A stretch of DNA of 38,382 nucleotides, from assembly GCA_046710875.1 (NCBI GenBank), contig JBKEHQ010000004.1:1-38382 (forward strand), given 5' to 3'. The notes below the pieces were generated by a model. That model was not told where the DNA came from. It ran no database searches and saw only the letters and a program-made list of their open reading frames with translations. Shown here piece by piece: positions 17,019 to 25,285 of this stretch. A program made the position numbers and the translations under genes. The stretch is from Candidatus Thalassarchaeaceae archaeon. Lineage in GTDB: Archaea; Thermoplasmatota; Poseidoniia; Poseidoniales; Thalassarchaeaceae. Each line of letters begins with the position of its first letter. The first letter of the stretch is position 1.

Positions 17019-17130
17019 ACCGCCCACCATTTAGCGAAAACTCAAGAGGTGTTGAAGTGTTGAGTCTACCCCAAATTGCACATATAATCGCACCTGTAAT
17101 GAGGGCGGTAATTCGATACTCTCGCATCGA
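17019..17130 (-). ncRNA. Candidate structured RNA (multi-stem element plus GNRA hairpin), family unknown
   Basis: Minus-strand stems ACCGCCC/GGGCGGT, AGACTCAA/TTGAGTTT and TCGATGC-GAGA-GTATCGA, with G-U pairs that only work on this strand. Confidence 0.45.
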
Positions 17131-17187
17131 TAAATTGTTTTCTCCCGTAGGCTCAAATTTTGTCGACCTCTAATTTTGGTGATACGA

Positions 17188-18876
17188 ATGTCTAATGATG
17201 GAAAATATGATTTACAAATTAAAACAGTTAAGCAAGAATGCCCAGATTCATCTGAAAACGACATTTTTGAAGAATTTAAAAGGTATGAAGAAGAATTTTT
17301 AATACCTCCAGAAGATGCTCTAAGGTCCGTAATTAGAAAATTTCAATTAGCTACTGGGAAAGAAGAGACTACTTTTTCCATGCCTCAAAAAATCGAGAAA
17401 AAAGTTACCAGATTTTCCGAATTAAATTCAGATGATAAAAACATAACTATTGAGGTATTTGTGGCAACTTATACGCCTAGAATACAAAATGTTCGGGGTG
17501 AAGAAAAACAAATTGCATTTGGATGGATTGAGGATAATCCTTGGGAGGAAGCTAATAGCCGTGAACGCTGGGACTTCAAAGATTGGGGGCAACATTCGAA
17601 ATACCTTTCTCCTAACTCTATTGTCCGGTTAGAAGGGGTATCTGTAAATGAGTGGAATGGTAAAAAATCTATTAATATTAACAGATCAACCAGGGTCACT
17701 ACTCTTCAAGAAGGTAATTCTTCACCAATACAAATATCAAATGAACCATTGAATATTGCTAAAATATCTGAAAATGAAGGATTTGGTAGTACAATAGGAA
17801 GAGTAATTTCTGTTAAAAGTGATGTGATAGTCAAAAAAGATGGTAGTGGAACATTAGATATTTTTAGAGGTAAAATCGCAGATGAATCTGGAAATATAGG
17901 CTTTTTGTCATGGGTACCTTTTGAATTCATTGAAGGAGATTTAATAAAATTAAATAATATTTCTGTCCGTAAATTCCGTGACACTCCTGAGATCAATATC
18001 AGTAATGATGCAAAAATCGAATTATATATTGATAATAGTTTCCCAGATATGGTTAATTTATCTAAAACTTCAATATCCAGTATTTCTGATTTAAGAAATG
18101 GAATGAGAGATATTTCAATAATATTGCAAATCACTTCTTGGGAAGAAAGAACTTTCACTTCCGAAGATGGTACAGAGCGTGTAGTTAGGAGTGGCGATGT
18201 TATGGATCCAACTGGCAGATGTAGATTGACTGCATGGTGCGAATTTAATCCAAAAGTTGGAGATTATATCCAAATTAATTCTGCAAGGGCTCAATTTTGG
18301 CAAGGTTCTCCGGATTTAGTAGTTGATGATTTGGAACAAATTACAAATGTATCCAATCCTCCTTGGGACGATATAGATCCTAGTAACCATTGGGTTGAAG
18401 TTGATATTGACGATTTATCAAATGGAGGCTCTAGGAGGGGAATTAGCGTTTCAGGTACAATAGTTTCAGTTAGAAAAGATTCGGGCATAATTTATAGGTG
18501 TACAAAATGCCGTAGAGTATTGAGGGATGATGCTTGTTCTGAACATGGAATGGTGGAAGGAATTGAAGATATAAGATTAAGATTCGTTCTTGACAATGGT
18601 GTATCCAATGCCTCACTATTACTTTCTAAAGAACCATCTGAATTATTTTTACAACAAAAATCCGATGAAATAAAATCTCAAATATCTTCATTAGGTCCAG
18701 ATGGATTTATTAATAATCTACGTAATTCTTTACTTTCAAAGAAAGTAAATGTTAAGGGGCGGGCATTAATAGATGCTCAGGGTACAATGATACTTGCAGA
18801 GGAAATGCAATTATTACAGATTCCGGTGAAAGATGAAGCACTTAGAATAATGAATAAATGGGGGGTAGAATTATGA
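17188..18876 (+). CDS. rpa: Replication protein A large subunit (multiple OB folds plus Zn ribbon)
   Basis: Repeated OB motifs (IADESGNI..W, MDPTGRCRLTAW), zinc motif CTKC..CSEH and RLRFVLDNG. GGTGA SD precedes ATG 17188. Confidence 0.88.
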   Translation: MSNDGKYDLQIKTVKQECPDSSENDIFEEFKRYEEEFLIPPEDALRSVIRKFQLATGKEETTFSMPQKIEKKVTRFSELNSDDKNITIEVFVATYTPRIQNVRGEEKQIAFGWIEDNPWEEANSRERWDFKDWGQHSKYLSPNSIVRLEGVSVNEWNGKKSININRSTRVTTLQEGNSSPIQISNEPLNIAKISENEGFGSTIGRVISVKSDVIVKKDGSGTLDIFRGKIADESGNIGFLSWVPFEFIEGDLIKLNNISVRKFRDTPEINISNDAKIELYIDNSFPDMVNLSKTSISSISDLRNGMRDISIILQITSWEERTFTSEDGTERVVRSGDVMDPTGRCRLTAWCEFNPKVGDYIQINSARAQFWQGSPDLVVDDLEQITNVSNPPWDDIDPSNHWVEVDIDDLSNGGSRRGISVSGTIVSVRKDSGIIYRCTKCRRVLRDDACSEHGMVEGIEDIRLRFVLDNGVSNASLLLSKEPSELFLQQKSDEIKSQISSLGPDGFINNLRNSLLSKKVNVKGRALIDAQGTMILAEEMQLLQIPVKDEALRIMNKWGVEL

Positions 18877-19805
18877 TTTCAGAAGGAAGCCAAAGAATAA
18901 AAAGACAATCTGCAATTAGAATTTTTGCACAAGAGTTCGCTGAAGCGAATCTTACTTCTAGAGGTTCGGGAGAATATGATCCAGCGTTCGTAATCACTAA
19001 ATTAGGCATAATGGTCAATCGTGCATTAGTATGTGGCGTAATTGAAAGGCTTGACAGAAGAGAAGGAGACAATGGGCCTAGTTTTAGTGGAGTATTGAGG
19101 GATCCAACAGGAAATCACAGATTCAATGTAGCACCATTTCAAACAGAGTTACAATTAGACATAGAAGAATTACATGCTAGATTTGAATCTGGCGACCGAT
19201 TCTTGATGGCACTTATCGGTAAATCGAACTGGTTTGAAGGTGAGGAGGGAGGAATTTTTACCTCATTTCGAGCAGAAGAATTTTGTGTTATAGATCAAGA
19301 AACATATTTGAATTGGTTAATTGATGCCTCAGATGCAACTCTGAGAAGACTTAATTCTCATGATAATTCCATAGGGGCAGATTTAACTCAGGAATCTATG
19401 AAGTCCTCAGGCGTCCCTGATGATCTAATAGAAGGAACAATAATGGCAAGACAACATTATCCAGATTTTGATTCTGAAGTGTATCGCTTGGGAATTCTGA
19501 AAGCATTATCTAGTGCCCTAGGTAGGACAAATGCTCCCGAAATTGAGAACTCTGAAATAACTGAAAATATACCTGTTATTGATGATAATTCTTCAACATT
19601 AAATTCTAAAGACGCTCCTCAAGTAATAATTGAGACAATCAAGAGACTGGATACTGGCGTTGGCGTGGAGTATGATGCTTTGGTTGAAGCATGTACCTTG
19701 GTAGGAATTTCCCGAGAAATTGCTGAGGATTCAATTGAAGATTTAAGAGATTTAAGAAGCGAAATACTTGAGCCAAGATTTGGGTTTTTCCGATTACCTG
19801 AATAA
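18873..19805 (+). CDS. RPA-associated protein / RPA2-like subunit (OB fold plus C-terminal winged helix)
   Basis: RQSAIRIFAQEF, ITKLGIMVNRALVCG, RDPTG and the C-terminal EILEPRFG. ATGA overlap with rpa. Confidence 0.8.
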   Translation: MISEGSQRIKRQSAIRIFAQEFAEANLTSRGSGEYDPAFVITKLGIMVNRALVCGVIERLDRREGDNGPSFSGVLRDPTGNHRFNVAPFQTELQLDIEELHARFESGDRFLMALIGKSNWFEGEEGGIFTSFRAEEFCVIDQETYLNWLIDASDATLRRLNSHDNSIGADLTQESMKSSGVPDDLIEGTIMARQHYPDFDSEVYRLGILKALSSALGRTNAPEIENSEITENIPVIDDNSSTLNSKDAPQVIIETIKRLDTGVGVEYDALVEACTLVGISREIAEDSIEDLRDLRSEILEPRFGFFRLPE

Positions 19806-19813
19806 TTCTCTCT

Positions 19814-20743
19814 TTAAAAATTATTTATTTTGAACCTAATTCTTTCTATTGTTTTCTCAGTACTCATATTTAGATTAGATCCAACTATATTTATTTCAAT
19901 CATCGATGCACCTTTTGCTTCAGCAATATCATTTGATACTGCTATAAACCTTTTTTTAACAATTTTTTCTTCAATTGGCCACTCAGTTCGTGTTGCCAAA
20001 CGAATCAATAATTCTCTTTCTTTCTGGCCCCATTTGCCCATATATTGCTTTAAGATTGTCCCAATTAATCTGTCTAAGTCCTCTATTCTGGATATTATCA
20101 ATTTTATATCATTTTTTATTTTTTCATTTTCTTTATCAATTCCAATTTTCAATAAATCCTTTGCGTCTTCAATCGTAGCAATAGGTACTGGAATTATAAA
20201 ATCTTCATAATTTTTTTCATTTTCCACATGTGAATTCAATATTCCGTTTAATGATATTTTGTCATTATCTAATTTCAATCCGTTTCTATTGAGGTTCCGC
20301 TTTATTTTCCCCCACCCATTCAAATGATTAGTCAGTACTCCTGCTACTCTTCCCATTAATACTGCTCTAGTTCCTGTTAATGGCATTTCTAATTTCTGAC
20401 ATAAATCATACAATGTCTCTCTATCCAATTCCACAAGTCTTTCTATGGTCATTCTTCTTGAATCAAAATTTAAATGAAGCCATAATCGTTGCCTCCTCTC
20501 TTTATGTGAGCCAGAAGATTTTATTCCAAATATTTTTAATATTTTTCCAATTTCTTTGTGAGATATGGCCTGAATACCATCCCAAGATAAGTCACATAAT
20601 CCAAGTATTTCATTTTTAATCAGCTTAGCTCTTAGAACTTCTACCGATCCATTTTTAGATGTCTCTCTATTTTCAGCAAAATCTCTAAGCTCTGTTAATC
20701 TTTTTTTATAGAGAGAATCTAATAAAATCATGTCAATGCTCAA
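19814..20743 (-). CDS. Protein with three tandem SAP (helix-extended-helix)-like motifs
   Basis: Three repeats of the pattern L..L......G....L..RL in the first 140 aa. A purine-rich SD precedes the TTG start. Confidence 0.6.
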   Translation of the reverse strand: MSIDMILLDSLYKKRLTELRDFAENRETSKNGSVEVLRAKLIKNEILGLCDLSWDGIQAISHKEIGKILKIFGIKSSGSHKERRQRLWLHLNFDSRRMTIERLVELDRETLYDLCQKLEMPLTGTRAVLMGRVAGVLTNHLNGWGKIKRNLNRNGLKLDNDKISLNGILNSHVENEKNYEDFIIPVPIATIEDAKDLLKIGIDKENEKIKNDIKLIISRIEDLDRLIGTILKQYMGKWGQKERELLIRLATRTEWPIEEKIVKKRFIAVSNDIAEAKGASMIEINIVGSNLNMSTEKTIERIRFKINNF

Positions 20744-20839
20744 TACGTTCCCCTCTTTGATGCTAGGGCCCTCTAACTGATATCGATTCCGCTTAATTTT
20801 ATACTAAAACTATACTTTTGACAATATAAAAATATATCA

Positions 20840-21910
20840 TTATTCATTTAAATTAATAAATGGTTCTCCCATAATATCTATATTAAAATCATGTGGTATT
20901 TCTTGTGAAGCCTCTTTCAGTATAATATTCCAATCTTTAATCAATGATATGGTGGCATATTCGAATTTAGATATTGGTATTAATCGATGTATGCCAACTG
21001 TCCTCTTTCCATTTTTGGAAATTTTTTCAATTTTAATTTCAACGTGTACTTCAGAATCCAAAACTTCCCCTTCGGAATTATGACATGCTTGCTCTAATGT
21101 CAAATCTTTATTTTTTTCTGCTTCTTCCATTAATGACCTTACTCTTCTGTGCCTTACTAAGATTCCTATATTTTGTAACTCAGATGATTCTATTTTGCCA
21201 ATAATTTTATTTTGAATCCACCAAATAGTAGCCCCTTCTTTTTCAGATATTGAATTAGTTAATGATTTAGGAGAACTCTTCCTAACTATTAATATAATTA
21301 AATCTGAATAAGGCAAGGGAAGAAAATGTGAACCACCTCTGTCTTTAGGGTCTGGAAGTAAAGTGTGCCTTCTCCCATTTAGGCTTAATTCATCATACAT
21401 TTTTCTAGAAGTTACATAACCGTCTATGATTCCATTCTTTTTACTTTCTTCCATCCATTTTACTTTTTCAACTTGATTTTCATGTTCTAAATTCAGTTTA
21501 GATATTGACAAGAAAGCTTCACTACTTAGGACCCTTAAATCTTTTCTTGATCTTCTCAATTGCCTTCTTATTATTTTATAATCGCAAAGAATAATTGCAG
21601 ATTTAGGTTGATAGTCAATTTTATTTTCAGAAATTAATAAAAGATTTGGCCTTTTTGGAGTGATTGCACCATTTACTTCACATTCAAATCTAATCATGTC
21701 TGCTTCATTTCCATGCAAATCAATCGCCGGCAGCGCTAAAATATCAAATCTGCCTTGACTAAGGTCTTCCAAACTACTATTAAAACCGGTTCCTATTGAC
21801 ACTTCGGCATCAATATTCTTAATTTCGTTTGAACTTATGTTAGATGTTAATATTTCTGTAACATTACATTCAGAAGAATTTAAAGTAACGATATTAATTT
21901 TATCACCCAT
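20840..21910 (-). CDS. Divergent porphobilinogen deaminase (HemC)-like protein
   Basis: LSQGRFDILALPAIDL and PKSAIILCDYKIIRRQLRRSRKDLRV echo HemC segments, but most invariant residues are changed. Confidence 0.5.
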   Translation of the reverse strand: MGDKINIVTLNSSECNVTEILTSNISSNEIKNIDAEVSIGTGFNSSLEDLSQGRFDILALPAIDLHGNEADMIRFECEVNGAITPKRPNLLLISENKIDYQPKSAIILCDYKIIRRQLRRSRKDLRVLSSEAFLSISKLNLEHENQVEKVKWMEESKKNGIIDGYVTSRKMYDELSLNGRRHTLLPDPKDRGGSHFLPLPYSDLIILIVRKSSPKSLTNSISEKEGATIWWIQNKIIGKIESSELQNIGILVRHRRVRSLMEEAEKNKDLTLEQACHNSEGEVLDSEVHVEIKIEKISKNGKRTVGIHRLIPISKFEYATISLIKDWNIILKEASQEIPHDFNIDIMGEPFINLNE

Positions 21911-22002
21911 CGCGTCCACCTTATTGGGAGTATGTACTATACTCGTTCTGAGCGCACACACACTTGTTGATATATGCGACCCCTACCAGTCGAAATAATA
22001 AT

Positions 22003-22983
22003 ATGGAAAATGTATTCTTTATCAACCCCTACTTGTCAGATATAAAAAATCGTATCGACGAGGCTCTAGAGGAATTAGTATTGCATAAAATGGCAGGTAA
22101 TGAGGCTCCCACGATGTCTCTTGTAAGGGATATATTATTGGTCGGAGGTAAAAGATTTCGCCCTATTTTAGCACTATTAGCATTTGATGCAGCCGGGGGA
22201 AAAGATGAATCAATAGTAATGGATTTGGCCCTTGCATCAGAAATAATTCATACTGCTACATTGATTCACGACGACGTATATGATCAGTCTAAAACTAGGA
22301 GGGGAATGCCCACTTTACATACCAGTCATGGTTTGTCTCATGCAATTATCGCAGGAGATTATTTATTTGTTATTGGATTTTCATTAGGCGGAAAATATGA
22401 TAATATAGTTATCGAAAAAATGGCAAAATCAGCAGCTAATCTTGCCTCTGGGGAATTATTGCAGTTTGAACATATTAGTAATTTAAGTACAACTCCCGAA
22501 AATTATTATTCAATAGTAGATGGTAAAACTGCCGGAGTATTCGCATCGGCTTGTTCGTGTGCTGGAATAATTGCAGGAGCAAACTCAGATGTTATCAAAT
22601 CTTTAGAAAATTTTGGAATAGAATTAGGTCGAGCATTTCAATTGGTTGATGATTTACTTGATTTGACTGGAGATACTTCTATGGGTAAACCAAAGGGTAC
22701 TGATATTCATGAAGGTAAAATGACATTGCCATTGATACATTCTTTAACAATCCTTCATGGTGTTGAAAGAGAACAATTAGCAGATATTCTGAATAATTTT
22801 AGCGATGATAGGTGGCAGGAATTAACTTCCTTACTGGTAAAATCAGGCTCATTTGAATATGTCGAGCAGTTAATCATGAACCATATAGATAGGGCATTAA
22901 ATCATCTTGACTTATTGCCTGAAAGTAATGCTAAAAATCTAATGAAAGATATAGCCATTGCTTCACAAAATAGGAGATTATAA
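22003..22983 (+). CDS. trans-polyprenyl diphosphate synthase
   Basis: GGKRFRP, FARM HTATLIHDDVYD..RRG, GKTA, SARM FQLVDDLLD and GKPKGTDIHEGKMTLP. Confidence 0.92.
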   Translation: MENVFFINPYLSDIKNRIDEALEELVLHKMAGNEAPTMSLVRDILLVGGKRFRPILALLAFDAAGGKDESIVMDLALASEIIHTATLIHDDVYDQSKTRRGMPTLHTSHGLSHAIIAGDYLFVIGFSLGGKYDNIVIEKMAKSAANLASGELLQFEHISNLSTTPENYYSIVDGKTAGVFASACSCAGIIAGANSDVIKSLENFGIELGRAFQLVDDLLDLTGDTSMGKPKGTDIHEGKMTLPLIHSLTILHGVEREQLADILNNFSDDRWQELTSLLVKSGSFEYVEQLIMNHIDRALNHLDLLPESNAKNLMKDIAIASQNRRL

Positions 22984-23005
22984 TTATTAAAATGATGGTG
23001 CCATT

Positions 23006-24112
23006 ATGGTCGAAAATGAGTTTTGGGACGTAATAATAATAGGTGGAGGTCCGGCCGGTTCCACTACTGCTAGATATATAGCAAAGAATGGTTATAAGGT
23101 ACTTGTTGTAGATGGACGAAATCCGATAGGTTCCCCCCTGCAATGTGGGGAATTAGTACCTACCAATGAAGAAATGCGTCGTTTGTGTCCAAACGTTCCC
23201 GATATGGATGATCTTTTCAGGACCTCTGATGCTGCTATTTCTAGGCGCACGGAAGAAATGCATCTTGTTCCTCCTTCTGGCAAACCTCTTAAATATAAAT
23301 TCGAAGGATTAATTCTTAATCGAGTTAAACATGATGAAGAGTTAGTTGATTTAGCCAAATCAAATGGTGCGAAGTACCTCTTAGGGGAACGAGTTTTAGA
23401 AATTGAAGGCGAATATGTGACGCTTAAAGGAGGAATGAGGCTAAGGTCAAAAATAATAGTTGGTGCTGGAGGGCATAATGATCCCTTACGTAAGAAGTTC
23501 TGGTCTGCCAAATCTTTGAATATTCCAGTTAAATTTGTACTAATGGATGGTATTTTTAGTGATTCAGTAGAACTACATTTTGGTTCTATTGCACCTGGAG
23601 GATATGCTTGGATGTTTCCTAAAAAAAATGGAGCAAATATAGGTTTAGGCATACAAAGAAGTTTTTCCAAAGGTAAGTCAATAAATCACCTATCGGAAGA
23701 ATTTATTTCAAATTACGATGGAAATATAACTTTTAGAGGAGCCGGATCTCTTCCTATGTCAGGCACTATCAAATCATTTGTCAAAGGTAACTATCTCCTT
23801 GTTGGTGATTCTGCTGGAATGGTTCTACCTTCAAATGGAGCAGGCATAACTATTGCCATGGTAGGAGGTAGAATTGCAGGCCAAGTAATTTCTGAACACT
23901 TAACTTCAGGCGTGCCATTAATTGAATATGAACGTAGGTGGAATAATCAAATGGGTAAAGTAATGAGAAATTCAAAAAGGGCATTCAATTTAGGTAGTAT
24001 AATATTCAGATTACCAGATTGGATAATAAATATACTTTTCAATCGTTTTACTAAACCGTTTATATGGAATGCCATTACATGTAGATCATTTTTTAAATTA
24101 TCTAAATATTAA
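23006..24112 (+). CDS. Geranylgeranyl reductase family flavoprotein
   Basis: GGGPAG FAD motif, QCGE, PGGYAWMFPK (PxxYxWxFP) and VGDSAG...GAGI. Confidence 0.9.
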   Translation: MVENEFWDVIIIGGGPAGSTTARYIAKNGYKVLVVDGRNPIGSPLQCGELVPTNEEMRRLCPNVPDMDDLFRTSDAAISRRTEEMHLVPPSGKPLKYKFEGLILNRVKHDEELVDLAKSNGAKYLLGERVLEIEGEYVTLKGGMRLRSKIIVGAGGHNDPLRKKFWSAKSLNIPVKFVLMDGIFSDSVELHFGSIAPGGYAWMFPKKNGANIGLGIQRSFSKGKSINHLSEEFISNYDGNITFRGAGSLPMSGTIKSFVKGNYLLVGDSAGMVLPSNGAGITIAMVGGRIAGQVISEHLTSGVPLIEYERRWNNQMGKVMRNSKRAFNLGSIIFRLPDWIINILFNRFTKPFIWNAITCRSFFKLSKY

Positions 24113-24819
24113 TCAACTCTGCCGGTCCATATTGTCGCCATGCCAGGAAATATCACTCTACCTCTAACCTCTTGAAAACCTTCTTCCTTGAGCATTTTTG
24201 TATATTTTTTTGTAGTTCCGAAACTTACATATGTCTTTGTTAACCATTTCCAAGGATGTTCTTTTTGTTTACAAACTAATCTTGCATAACCTCCAACCCA
24301 GTACTTCATCCAAATCAACCCTAAATATCCATGAAAAGAATTAATTTTCGCTGGATCTAAAATTATAAGTAAACCTCCAGGTTTCAAAACTCTCTTTGCT
24401 TCTGATAAACCCTTCCTTTTGTCAAACCAATCTCTAAATGAGAATAATGTACAAACTGCGTCAAAGAAATTATCTTCAAATGGCAAATCTTCAGCAGTTC
24501 CTTTATGAAATTCAGCCATCGAATAGCCGCAATTATTTCTTATTTTATTAACTCTTAATTCAGCGATTCTTAGCATCTCAGGTATCGGATCAAGACAAAA
24601 TAATTTTCGCCCATCAATAGTTTCTGCGAAGCTCCCGGGTCCACATCCAATTTCTAGAATATTGCCTTCCTTGGGTAACAAATTTTGAGCCTTATTCCTC
24701 CATCTTTTAACTTGCCCCAGTGTGGCAAAATTATTTATTTTGTCATAAACAGGAATCGTAGCTTCTAAATTACGTTGCAACTCATTCCAATCGGACTCTC
24801 CAATTATTTCTGTATCCAC
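24109..24819 (-). CDS. UbiE/MenG-family SAM-dependent methyltransferase
   Basis: YDKINNFATLG...WR, LEIGCGPG, AEDLPFEDNFFD, FSFRD and RVLKPGG. Confidence 0.85.
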   Translation of the reverse strand: MDTEIIGESDWNELQRNLEATIPVYDKINNFATLGQVKRWRNKAQNLLPKEGNILEIGCGPGSFAETIDGRKLFCLDPIPEMLRIAELRVNKIRNNCGYSMAEFHKGTAEDLPFEDNFFDAVCTLFSFRDWFDKRKGLSEAKRVLKPGGLLIILDPAKINSFHGYLGLIWMKYWVGGYARLVCKQKEHPWKWLTKTYVSFGTTKKYTKMLKEEGFQEVRGRVIFPGMATIWTGRVD

Positions 24820-24947
24820 ATAACGCCTAGTTGTCCCTCATATTTGGTTAGTTCGTTTTCGAGATTACATATTTTAGAATATTGTACTCTTATGTAGGTT
24901 ACCATGATAAACTACTCTCAAGTCCCGCAGCCATACAAGGTGTTACT

Positions 24948-25262
24948 ATGTCTCGAGCAGATGTCCTAAGAGCAATAAAAGATGCAGAAATAGCCGCATC
25001 CGAATCTATAAAAATGGCAAATAAGGAAGCTTCTTCAATAATTTCAAACGCACGTCAGAATGCTAATGAAATCATAAATTCAGGACGTGCAAATTCAGAA
25101 TTAGATTCACAGGGGTTGATTTCTAAAGCACGTTCCGAGGCCGGTTCGAAAGCTGAAATTGTATCTACCGATGGAAAGTTGGAACAAGAAAATATACACA
25201 AATCTGGTGATAAAAATCGTATTAAGGCTGTAAATATAGTCATAGATGCATTCAGTAAATAA
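24948..25262 (+). CDS. atpH: A/V-type ATP synthase subunit H (peripheral stalk)
   Basis: MSRADVLRAIKDAE, Ala-rich coiled coil, and first position in the ATPase operon. Confidence 0.75.
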   Translation: MSRADVLRAIKDAEIAASESIKMANKEASSIISNARQNANEIINSGRANSELDSQGLISKARSEAGSKAEIVSTDGKLEQENIHKSGDKNRIKAVNIVIDAFSK

Positions 25263-25285
25263 CTCTATTATTCGGTGGTTTCAAT

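Noticed and set aside
17019-17130. Assignment of the structured element to the known Moco RNA motif
   Set aside because: I cannot match its conserved sequence features by eye, so it is left as an unknown family pending an Rfam scan.
17142-17151. CCTACGGGAG on the minus strand, identical to a conserved 16S rRNA segment
   Set aside because: Only 10 nt long, and the flanks do not resemble rRNA.
17031-17264. 77-aa minus-strand ORF across the rpa start and intergenic region
   Set aside because: It overlaps rpa antisense and has no recognisable motif. The region is better explained as non-coding, although a small peptide is not strictly excluded.
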